A DNA stretch of 64,000 nt from an uncultured Pseudomonadota bacterium (lineage in GTDB: Bacteria; Oederibacteriota; Muellerivitia; Muellerivitales; Muellerivitaceae). Both the position numbers and the translations under genes were made by a program. Where the stretch lies: contig CAVYRH010000020.1 in the NCBI GenBank assembly GCA_963770835.1, positions 1 to 64,000 of the forward strand. The letters run 5' to 3'. How positions within the stretch are numbered: position 1 is the first letter of the stretch; each line of letters starts with the position of its first letter. Under the pieces are notes generated by a model. That model was given only the letters and a program-made list of their open reading frames with translations. It had not been told where the DNA came from and did no database searches. Positions 19,022 to 27,010 of this stretch are shown one piece after another.

Positions 19022-19186
19022 GATTCCCTCTCCTTGGCTTTAATGGGGGAGGACCAATCCCATCCCCGCTACTCAGTACAAGCGGGTCGCCAAGAGGTTA
19101 CAAGCCCAATGGAAAATTTTCGGGCTGGTGTTTGTTTTCCGTTACTGGCCGCTAACAGGGTTCTGAAAAAATGCCGTTTCACCCTG

Positions 19187-19873
19187 TTAGAGAACAGGCC
19201 AGATTAGAAAAACGACCCCCACCAGGGCGATGAAAGCGCCGCTGATGACCTCACCGTAATTTTCGATTTTTCCCAACTTGACGCCTTGCAGGCCCGCGGT
19301 GGAATAAACGCAAAGGACCGCGTAGGTCACGATGGTGCTGAGGGCGAAAACCACGGACATGACCGCGATGAGCCCGGTGCCGTATTTCCCCGCCGCGAAA
19401 AAGGCCGGGATTCCCTCCACCATGGGCGAGGAACCCAGGATGAGGAGGAGGGCCGTGCGCTGGCTGGTCTTGGCGGGATGGCCGTGGCTGTGCCAGGACT
19501 CATGGGGATGGGAGTGGCCCTGCCCTTCCGCGTCATAGCCCTTTTCGTGCCCGCCCTGGCGCATTTCCAGCCAGGAAGCCACGGCGATCCAAAGGCCAAA
19601 AGCGATCAAAGCCAGGCTGGACGCCAAGTCGACATAATGGCCGAAGCGGGCGGCGACGGCCACTCCCGCGATCCAGACGACCAGGGCGATGGCCAGCGTG
19701 GAAAGCACGTGGCCCGTGCCGGCCTTGATGGCCGCGCTGAGGGTTTCTTTCTTCGACCATCCCCTTTGGCGGGCGATCAAGGTGATGGGAACCCAATGGT
19801 CGGGAACGCTGGTGTGGAGCACGCCGACGACCGCGACCGAGCCTATCAAAAGCAACTGTCCGCTTGAAACCAT
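19187..19873 (-). CDS. His-rich membrane protein, putative Ni/Co transporter (RcnA/NiCoT-like)
   Basis: LHTSVPDHWVP in TM1, GHVLST, central HSHPHESWHSHGH loop, ~6 TM. Confidence 0.75.
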   Translation of the reverse strand: MVSSGQLLLIGSVAVVGVLHTSVPDHWVPITLIARQRGWSKKETLSAAIKAGTGHVLSTLAIALVVWIAGVAVAARFGHYVDLASSLALIAFGLWIAVASWLEMRQGGHEKGYDAEGQGHSHPHESWHSHGHPAKTSQRTALLLILGSSPMVEGIPAFFAAGKYGTGLIAVMSVVFALSTIVTYAVLCVYSTAGLQGVKLGKIENYGEVISGAFIALVGVVFLIWPVL

Positions 19874-19969
19874 TCAGATCTCCTCGCTAAACCACTGGTT
19901 TGGAAGATATTAAAAGCTTGGGAAGTTTATTACTAGGTTTCCGGGAGTTAAAGGGGCCGGACCCGCCCA

Positions 19970-20584
19970 TTACCGCCCGTGGGGCCTGCCAAAGTACTCG
20001 GAGCGCAGGGGGGTCTTAGCCGCCCGTAAGAACTTGGGGTTGATGAAGATCCCGGCGGCGCTCACCGGGTCCAGGTAGATGGTGCTCACGATCGGGTCCC
20101 CGTAGCCGCCCATTTCGACCATACCCCCCGCCTCGTTGAAACCCTTCATATCCGAGACCGTCAAGGCGCTGGAACCCTTGAGGGCTTTCAAGAGGGAGGC
20201 GAGGTCCCGCTTCTCCGAACGCGCGATATAGAGGATGTTGCAAAGCCGGTAATCCGCCGCGAAGCCTAGGTCCGCGGAGCGGAAACCCTTAACCTGGAAG
20301 GACCTTCCCTCCCATGCCTGGCCTTTCAAGAGGGAATTCAACGCGATCTCCAGGCTGTCCGCCCCGATGACCCCGATGGTTAGGGGGGTTTTGGGGTCGG
20401 CCTGGGGGTCCTGCGAAGGCCATTGGACGTAGTTCACGAGGCCTTGGATGTACCGGGCTTTAGCCTCATCTGTCGCGGCCCCCGATGGGCGGGCAAACGC
20501 GAAAACCGTTCCCAGGATGAGGATGGAGGCCGCGAAGAGGAGGTTCCACCGGGCCGGAGGCATGTTTCTTTTCTTAAATCTCAT
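19970..20584 (-). CDS. YfiR family periplasmic protein
   Basis: KARYI..VNYVQWP, LTIGVIG, CNILYI, LTVSD..F..AGGMVE. Confidence 0.82.
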   Translation of the reverse strand: MRFKKRNMPPARWNLLFAASILILGTVFAFARPSGAATDEAKARYIQGLVNYVQWPSQDPQADPKTPLTIGVIGADSLEIALNSLLKGQAWEGRSFQVKGFRSADLGFAADYRLCNILYIARSEKRDLASLLKALKGSSALTVSDMKGFNEAGGMVEMGGYGDPIVSTIYLDPVSAAGIFINPKFLRAAKTPLRSEYFGRPHGR

Positions 20585-21917
20585 AATGGACCCTGCCCGC
20601 GATGATGCCCACCGGCCCTCGGTCCTGGTTATAAGCGGGGTTGTTGATGCCCTGCAGGTCGAGCGTCAGGCTGACCTGAGGTATGGGTTTGAAGAGGTAA
20701 AAAAGCTCCATGACTTCCTCGGGGGCATAATTGAGGGCGCCGTCCCCGATGTCGAAATCAAGCCCTCCCGCCGCCAGGTAGGCCTGGTGCTGGGCCGAGA
20801 GGCCGCTGATGGCCACGGCCAAGCCCGCCATATCGTCGGCTCTCCCCCAGGCTTCCCCCTTGGCCGAGAGCCCCAAAGAAGCTTGCTGGTCCACTGCCGT
20901 GAATTCCCAGGTCTCCGTCTGGCCATCGTTCCACCCCAAGCGGGCGAAGAGCCCGAGATTAGCGTTCAGGCCCTGTTCCCAATTGAGCCCCAGGCCGAAT
21001 TTCTCGCTGTATTGCCGCACGGACGTCACATTCGGATCGACCGGCGAGGCGTCAAGGGCGTCCTGATAGCGCCCCATATGGGCGTGGTTGGCGTAAGCCA
21101 GGAACCGAAGCCTTCCCGCGGCAGTATCCGCGCCGTAGCGCCATTCCAATTCGGCGTTTTCGGAGTGGGCCTCGGGCAAGTTCCAGTCGTAATCGGGTCC
21201 ATTGGCCACGGTGGAGACCATGGCCTCGCAGAATCGGACGGCCCAATCCTTTTGGTTGAGCTCCGCCACCGCGCCTAGGGTGTAGCCGTGGGTGTCGGCG
21301 GCGTAGTCCCAGGCGAGGTCGTCCACGAAGGCCAGGTTCATGAATTGGGTGCGCGCGTCATGGGCATAGGCGTTGTTGTCGATGAAATCGGGCAAAGCGA
21401 ACTTCCCGGCGGCCAGGGTGAGGCGGGAAATGTCCTCCTTGCAGGCCACCTGGTTCTGGTCGCTGTCGAGCTTTTCCTGTTCCCCGCCCAATCCGAAGAC
21501 TTGCTGGAAGTAGAGCCGAGCCTGATTGTAGGTGGGGCTCTCCGTCCCCACCTTCGAGATTTCGCCGTTGGGAAAATCCCCGATGCCGGTCACGTGGCTG
21601 AAGCCGCTGCCCGCGGGAACTTCCGGATCGGCGTAGAGGTAACCTCCTTCCCAGGCTCTCAAGCCCAGAAACAGGGTAGCTGTGAAGGACATGTCGAGCT
21701 CAGGATTCGATGAAAGACTGTTGGACCCGGTATAAACGGCGGGGATGGACCCGTGGTATTGGGGAAGGAACGTCGTTTGGAAATGGAGGTTAGAGGACTC
21801 GGGTTGGAAAGATTCGGAGGAGTCATCCGCCCAAGAGAAGCCGGGGAAAACCAGCAGGAACATTAGGAAGGTTGGAATAAGGGCTTTCTTGTTCATGGCT
21901 CGGCGTAGGATATCCAA
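20574..21917 (-). CDS. OprB-type porin (high-affinity Mn2+ porin-like)
   Basis: GDFPNGE, ARLYFQQ, DNNAYAHDARTQFMN, WDYAADTHGYT, GDGALNY, NPAYNQDRGPV, C-terminal RVHYEI. Confidence 0.85.
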   Translation of the reverse strand: MDILRRAMNKKALIPTFLMFLLVFPGFSWADDSSESFQPESSNLHFQTTFLPQYHGSIPAVYTGSNSLSSNPELDMSFTATLFLGLRAWEGGYLYADPEVPAGSGFSHVTGIGDFPNGEISKVGTESPTYNQARLYFQQVFGLGGEQEKLDSDQNQVACKEDISRLTLAAGKFALPDFIDNNAYAHDARTQFMNLAFVDDLAWDYAADTHGYTLGAVAELNQKDWAVRFCEAMVSTVANGPDYDWNLPEAHSENAELEWRYGADTAAGRLRFLAYANHAHMGRYQDALDASPVDPNVTSVRQYSEKFGLGLNWEQGLNANLGLFARLGWNDGQTETWEFTAVDQQASLGLSAKGEAWGRADDMAGLAVAISGLSAQHQAYLAAGGLDFDIGDGALNYAPEEVMELFYLFKPIPQVSLTLDLQGINNPAYNQDRGPVGIIAGRVHYEI

Positions 21918-22015
21918 CCGTGCGGGAAGGTCAACCCCAAAGGGGGTATTTACAATTCTTTAACTGAAACGATGTAAGGGTTTTTTCTTTTTGGGACAAA
22001 AGGCGGGAACGGTAC

Positions 22016-22699
22016 TTAGGGCTGTTGGAGGGATTCCAAGGGCGGCTTCTGGTGATGGCGGACATCCTTCCCCTTCACCAGGTAGATCACGTCCATGGCC
22101 ACGCCGGTGGCGTGGTCGGCGATCCTCTCCAGGTAGCGGGAGACCAGGATCAGGTCGAAGGCTCTTTTGAGGTTGGCGCGGTCCTCCAGCATATAGGTCA
22201 TGAGGACCCGGATGATCTGGTCGTTGAGCTGGTCCGCTTCGTCGTCCCTTTCGCAGACCCTTTGGGCCAAGCCGGCGTCGCGGTTGACCAGCGAATCCAG
22301 GGAAGCCTTCACCATTTCCTGCGCGATGCGGGCCATCTGCGAGATATCGGCAGCCGAATGGAGGGGGGCCATCTCGTTCAGGGTCATGGCCCTTTCGGCG
22401 ATGTCCACCGCCAGGTCGCCCTGGCGCTCCAGCGTGGAGTTGATCTTCATGCAGCTGGTGATGAACCGCAGGTCCCCCGCCATGGGCTGGTGAAGGGCCA
22501 GGAGCTTATGGCAAAGCTCGTCGATTTCGGTTTCCAAGTCGTTGATTTCGCGGTCGTTTTGAAGCACCCAGCGGGCCAGCTTGGAATCCCGGTCGAGGAT
22601 GGATTTGACGGAGAGGCGGATGGATTCCTCCACCTTGGAGCCCATCAACAGGATCTTTGTCTTTAAATCAGCCAGTTCCTCATCAAACGAGATCGGCAT
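22016..22699 (-). CDS. phoU: Phosphate signalling complex protein PhoU
   Basis: QPMAGDLR, LERQGDLA, RYLERIADHA. Confidence 0.95.
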   Translation of the reverse strand: MPISFDEELADLKTKILLMGSKVEESIRLSVKSILDRDSKLARWVLQNDREINDLETEIDELCHKLLALHQPMAGDLRFITSCMKINSTLERQGDLAVDIAERAMTLNEMAPLHSAADISQMARIAQEMVKASLDSLVNRDAGLAQRVCERDDEADQLNDQIIRVLMTYMLEDRANLKRAFDLILVSRYLERIADHATGVAMDVIYLVKGKDVRHHQKPPLESLQQP

Positions 22700-22790
22700 G
22701 GGTCCCCTCTCTTCGGGCCGTCTTAGAACCTGTTGTTAAGATAACCCAGCCGGCGGTCAAAAGCATCCGGCCTTTTAATAAAAGGGGATT

Positions 22791-22884
22791 GAACCACAAA
22801 GACGCAAAGGGCGTAAAGAGAAGCCAAAAATCTATCGATCACAAGTTTTCGCCGTTCTTGGCGCCCTTAGTGACTTCGTGGTTC
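22791..22884. repeat. Long imperfect palindrome (REP-like), overlapping the 3' end of the S4-domain gene
   Basis: GAACCACAAAGACGCAAAGGGCGTAAAGA versus TCTTGGCGCCCTTAGTGACTTCGTGGTTC. Confidence 0.65.
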
Positions 22885-23147
22885 CATGGATTTTCGGTTG
22901 TCGATTCGATCCGGAAAAACCCGGCGCGGTCGGCCTTGGCCACGGAATGGCCGGAAGGGATTTCGAGAACCTTGAGTTTCAATTCTTTCATGGGGAGGAA
23001 TACGTCGAGGGTTTCGCCCCCTTCCAGTTCATGGGAAGGCTTGAGGCTTTTACCGGAGAGGGTCACCTTGCCCATGTCGCAGAGCCTTTTGGCCGCCATG
23101 CGGGTCTTGGTGACGCCCATGAGCTTCAAAAAAAGGTCGATTCGCAA
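22839..23147 (-). CDS. RNA-binding S4 domain protein (Hsp15/RqcP-like)
   Basis: MRIDLFLK..VTKTRMAAKRLCDMGKV..KPSHEL. Confidence 0.88.
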   Translation of the reverse strand: MRIDLFLKLMGVTKTRMAAKRLCDMGKVTLSGKSLKPSHELEGGETLDVFLPMKELKLKVLEIPSGHSVAKADRAGFFRIESTTENPWNHEVTKGAKNGENL

Positions 23148-23192
23148 GGGTCTTTCATCCGGGAGCCGGCGGTTGCCGGCTCCCGGATGCCT

Positions 23193-25067
23193 TTAACTTC
23201 CTTCTTTGTCCAGGTAGAACCGGAACCCGATTCCCAGCTCGATGCCGGAGAGATCGATCATCGATTGGCTTCCGTCATTGTTCGCCAAGGGCGTGGAGAA
23301 GTTGGCGATGGGGCCGTTGTTATTCAAGATCAGGTTCGACGTTATCGGGCGGAATTGGAGGAAACGGTAACCCGCGTCCAGGTCCAGCGCCGAAGTCTTG
23401 GAATCATCCAGGAAGAACTCGATGGATCCCCCCGCGTCTCCGCCGAAATTGGACCCGGAAAAATCGGCGTTTTCCGTGACCGACGAACCCGCCACGGTGA
23501 CGCTAGCCCCCAAAAGGAAGTAATAGCCGCCGCTGGCATGCACGATGAAATTGGTGCTCTCGTCCAAGGGGATGAGGAGCTTGGCTTCCAAGGCCCCGCC
23601 CCCGGCTCCGGAGGTCCATTCTTCACTATAGGTGTTTTGGTTCAGCGGGGAGAAATTAACCGTTTCCGTGAATTTTCGCAGGGCCTCAACCTTCACACCG
23701 AGCTGAAGGGTGGGGTCCAGCGCGAAATCCAACCCCAAGTGCGCTCCGGCACCGAAGGGGAAATTCTGGCCGACATTGATTCCCGGGCCGTAGTAATTGG
23801 AAAGGTCCTGCGTGCCGTAGGAAAAGCCGCTGGCCCCGATTTCCAGGGTGAAGCCACCGCCGTCGGGAAGGGTCGGATAAATTTCCCCCGGTGGGGGAGC
23901 CTCGGCGGAAGAAGGCGAGGAGGTTCCGGTGGTGGCCGCCCCGCTGGAAGCCGTTTCAGTGCCCGCCGTCGGGGGGGCGGGCGCGGGGGATGCCGTTTCG
24001 GTCGAAGGGGCGTTCGCCGCCTGGCCGGTTTGCGCCGTCTGGTCCTCCTGGGGTGTCTCCTTAAAAGTAACGACTTTTCCGTCCTCAACGATATAAGCAT
24101 CCTTCTTGAGCCCGTCCAAGAACAGGTTCAAGGCCGAATCCTGTTTTTGTTTGAGTAAGTGGGCTTTGATGTCCGGGGCGACCGAGTCGTAATCCGCCGT
24201 TCCCTTGCGCTCCACCTTGGCGATGTAAACGCCGTCGGTGGTCTTGACCAGGCCTAACTCTCCCGATGGAATTTTAAAAACGCCATCGGCCAGTTGGGGG
24301 TCCAAATCCACCCGGTAATGGGTCCCAACGTCCCCGCCGTTTTGGGCCGAGGAGGCGTCTTCCGAATACTTTTTGGCCGTGGCCGCGAAATCGGCCCCAG
24401 CCTTGAGATTTCCAAGGATACCCTTGGCTTGTTTTTCGACTTCGGCCTCGTAACCAGGCTTGGGTTTGGGGGGAATGTGGAAAAGGATGATGGAAAACTT
24501 GACCTGTTCGTAATCCTTGGGGTGCAGTTGGAAATACTTTTTCACTTCATCGTCCGTGACGAAAACCGAACCGGGAAGGTCATGTTGCTTCATTTGAAGG
24601 ACCCGTTGGGCCTTGATGCGGCGCAACAGCTGGTCGTGGACGTACTGCCGCAGGTCGTCTTCGTTGATGCCTTCCTTTTTGAGGCCTTCCTCGAATTCGG
24701 CATCGCCGGAAAAGCGTTTTTTCATGTTCTCCAGCTCTTGGTCCACTTGGTGGTCCACTTCGCCGTCGGACACCTCGATTTTTTCGCGGTCGGCTTCCTC
24801 CGCCAGCAGGACTTCCCGGATGAACCCCTCCACCACGTCCTTGCGGGCTTTTTCATAATCGGGGCTTCCGGCGGCGGGCATCTTCAGGCCCTGGGCCGCG
24901 AAAATATCCGAGATCGATTCCTCCATTTCACCCTTCGTCATGGCATCCTGATCCACGACCAGGGCGATCTCATCCACCGTCTTCGGGGCGGTGTCGGCCG
25001 CCCAGCCGCGGCCGAAAAGCGCCAAAACCGCCACGGCACCCAAAACCCCAATTCGTTTACTCCTCAC
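23193..25067 (-). CDS. SurA-like chaperone/parvulin PPIase fused via a T/P/A linker to a C-terminal outer-membrane beta-barrel-like domain
   Basis: VDEIALVVD SurA N-domain; FAATAKKYSEDASSAQNGGDVG parvulin; C-terminal ~220 aa of alternating strands ending IELGIGFRFYL. Confidence 0.85.
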   Translation of the reverse strand: MRSKRIGVLGAVAVLALFGRGWAADTAPKTVDEIALVVDQDAMTKGEMEESISDIFAAQGLKMPAAGSPDYEKARKDVVEGFIREVLLAEEADREKIEVSDGEVDHQVDQELENMKKRFSGDAEFEEGLKKEGINEDDLRQYVHDQLLRRIKAQRVLQMKQHDLPGSVFVTDDEVKKYFQLHPKDYEQVKFSIILFHIPPKPKPGYEAEVEKQAKGILGNLKAGADFAATAKKYSEDASSAQNGGDVGTHYRVDLDPQLADGVFKIPSGELGLVKTTDGVYIAKVERKGTADYDSVAPDIKAHLLKQKQDSALNLFLDGLKKDAYIVEDGKVVTFKETPQEDQTAQTGQAANAPSTETASPAPAPPTAGTETASSGAATTGTSSPSSAEAPPPGEIYPTLPDGGGFTLEIGASGFSYGTQDLSNYYGPGINVGQNFPFGAGAHLGLDFALDPTLQLGVKVEALRKFTETVNFSPLNQNTYSEEWTSGAGGGALEAKLLIPLDESTNFIVHASGGYYFLLGASVTVAGSSVTENADFSGSNFGGDAGGSIEFFLDDSKTSALDLDAGYRFLQFRPITSNLILNNNGPIANFSTPLANNDGSQSMIDLSGIELGIGFRFYLDKEGS

Positions 25068-26046
25068 GTAAATCCTCCAGGGTGACCCCGATGACCGGGG
25101 CCATGTCTTGATTGACCTTGATGGCCGATTTTCTCTTTAAATCCGCCATCCACTGGTCGAAACGGTGGTCCTGCTCTTCCTTCATCAAGTCGTCATGAAT
25201 CCTATCGCGTGCCTCGGGAAAAGGAATCATCCCGCGACGGCGCCATTCGATTAATTGGAACAGATGATACCCAAAATTGTCCTTCAAGGGCTTTGAAATC
25301 TCGCCCGGCTTCAAAGAAAAGAGGACCTTGAGATAGTTCGGTGGAAGCCGGTCGGCATCCATGAACCCCCAATCCCCGCCCACGGACTTTTCCGGGCCAA
25401 CCGAGAAGGTGGAAGCGATCCGCGCGAAATCTTCCCCCTTCCTCAAGCCAGCGAGAGCTTTTTCAAGATCGCCTTTCTTTTGGACGACCAAGTGCCGCGC
25501 GTGGACCGCCTGGGGACGCCAATAATTCGTCAAGTGGGTCCAATAGTACTCCTCGGTCTCCTCAGGCGTGATTTCGACCTTGGAATTGACCTCCTGCTCC
25601 ACGACTTTTCGGGCCAGCCGCTCTTGCAGGAGTTTGCGTTTCCAGGCGTCCGGGCTCACGCCTTTGATCTTCAAAACCGCCAAAAAGTCCTCGGGCACGT
25701 CCTTGAGGGCGTCCTGGAGGGCTTCATCCACTTCCGGTTGAGTCAGTTTAAGCCCGGCCTTGCGGGCCTCCTGGATGAGGAGTTTACGGTTGATGACCTG
25801 TTCGAAAAGCCGCCGTTTGATGGCGCGCATCTCGCCTTCGGTGACGGCGTCATAATGGATTTGCATGAGGCGGAATTCGGTGTCGAAATCTTCCAGGGAG
25901 AGGGGTTCCCCGTTGACGGTCACCACCGTTTTGTCCGGTGGGACATAGGGCGGCACTAGGTCCACGGTCGGCGTGGAGGAGCAACCCGCCAGGAGGATCC
26001 CCAGTCCCGCCATCGCCTTTATCCAATGCCCCTTGGGGAAGCCCAA
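25057..26046 (-). CDS. Parvulin-type peptidyl-prolyl isomerase lipoprotein (PrsA/SurA-like)
   Basis: LLAGC lipobox, VVTVNGEP, HARHLVV, GGDWGF, FGYHLF. Confidence 0.88.
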   Translation of the reverse strand: MGFPKGHWIKAMAGLGILLAGCSSTPTVDLVPPYVPPDKTVVTVNGEPLSLEDFDTEFRLMQIHYDAVTEGEMRAIKRRLFEQVINRKLLIQEARKAGLKLTQPEVDEALQDALKDVPEDFLAVLKIKGVSPDAWKRKLLQERLARKVVEQEVNSKVEITPEETEEYYWTHLTNYWRPQAVHARHLVVQKKGDLEKALAGLRKGEDFARIASTFSVGPEKSVGGDWGFMDADRLPPNYLKVLFSLKPGEISKPLKDNFGYHLFQLIEWRRRGMIPFPEARDRIHDDLMKEEQDHRFDQWMADLKRKSAIKVNQDMAPVIGVTLEDLREE

Positions 26047-26070
26047 TGTCTCGCCGTTAAAGCCGGGTCC

Positions 26071-26838
26071 TTATTTTCCCCCGGTGTTCTTTGAGTCCGC
26101 CTTCTTGTCGATGGAAAGGCCGCCATCTTCCGAATCCAACATCTTTTCGCTGATGGACAAACTGGCCAGGTACTTATCGATGACATCCTGTTTGCGGTCC
26201 ACCTTGGTGGTGGCTTCGAGGTCCTTGAGGAATTTTTCTGCTTGGACGGTGGACTTGATCCTGTCCTTGACCTTCTCGAAAGGCGGGAGTTTTTGCCCCG
26301 CCGCCTTGGCCTTGGCCGAATAATCATCATACCAGTCCCGCAAGTCTTTTTCCGTCACCACGACGTCGTCGACTTGGCTGTTGGCGTACTGGCGGGCCAA
26401 CAGCATTTTCTTGTAGGGATCCTGGTAGCTTTTTTCAATGCGGTGCAGGGTTTGGATGTCTTTTTCGAGCTTGTCCTTTAAATCCTTAAGCTTCAGGTCC
26501 GCTTCCTGTAATTTTTTCTTCACGTCCTCATCGAAGGCCCCATTGGAGAATTTCGCCTTTTGAGCGGCTTCCAGGACGACTTCCTGGTCGATCAGGCTGT
26601 CCAACACCGCGTTCACCTGGTCCTTGTTATCGGGATCGATAGGGGTCGCGAAAACCCGCAACAAATCGGTCTGCCGCATCCAATCCCCAAAAGTAATTTG
26701 ATGGTCCCCGACAACGGCGACCACCGCGCTGTCGGAGATACCGGCTACGTTGCTGTACTTGTTGCAGGCCCAACCGGCCATGAATAAAACCATTATGGAG
26801 GTGGCGTAGAAAAGCACTTTTTTCAGTCGCGAAAACAT
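26071..26838 (-). CDS. SurA N-terminal domain protein (no clear PPIase domain)
   Basis: VVAVVGDHQIT, VLDSLIDQEVVLEAA, PPFEKVKDRIK. Confidence 0.72.
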   Translation of the reverse strand: MFSRLKKVLFYATSIMVLFMAGWACNKYSNVAGISDSAVVAVVGDHQITFGDWMRQTDLLRVFATPIDPDNKDQVNAVLDSLIDQEVVLEAAQKAKFSNGAFDEDVKKKLQEADLKLKDLKDKLEKDIQTLHRIEKSYQDPYKKMLLARQYANSQVDDVVVTEKDLRDWYDDYSAKAKAAGQKLPPFEKVKDRIKSTVQAEKFLKDLEATTKVDRKQDVIDKYLASLSISEKMLDSEDGGLSIDKKADSKNTGGK

Positions 26839-27010
26839 GAGGAACTCCCTCTCTCTTTATTAAAACTAGCCAAAAGAAGGCGGTATCCTAGCACGCCCCC
26901 CCATGTGCCGCAAGGCTGGAAACCGGCGATTCGAGTTCAGTTACCGGCTGCCAACAAAGCTTTTTAGGCTTTCAATGGAACTGGGGCCGGAAATGGACAG
27001 CTTGAGGTTT

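Noticed and set aside
21949..21965. TTTACA-N5-TTAACT Pho-box-like repeat between phoU and the porin
   Set aside because: Only two degenerate half-sites in AT-rich DNA; not distinguishable from chance
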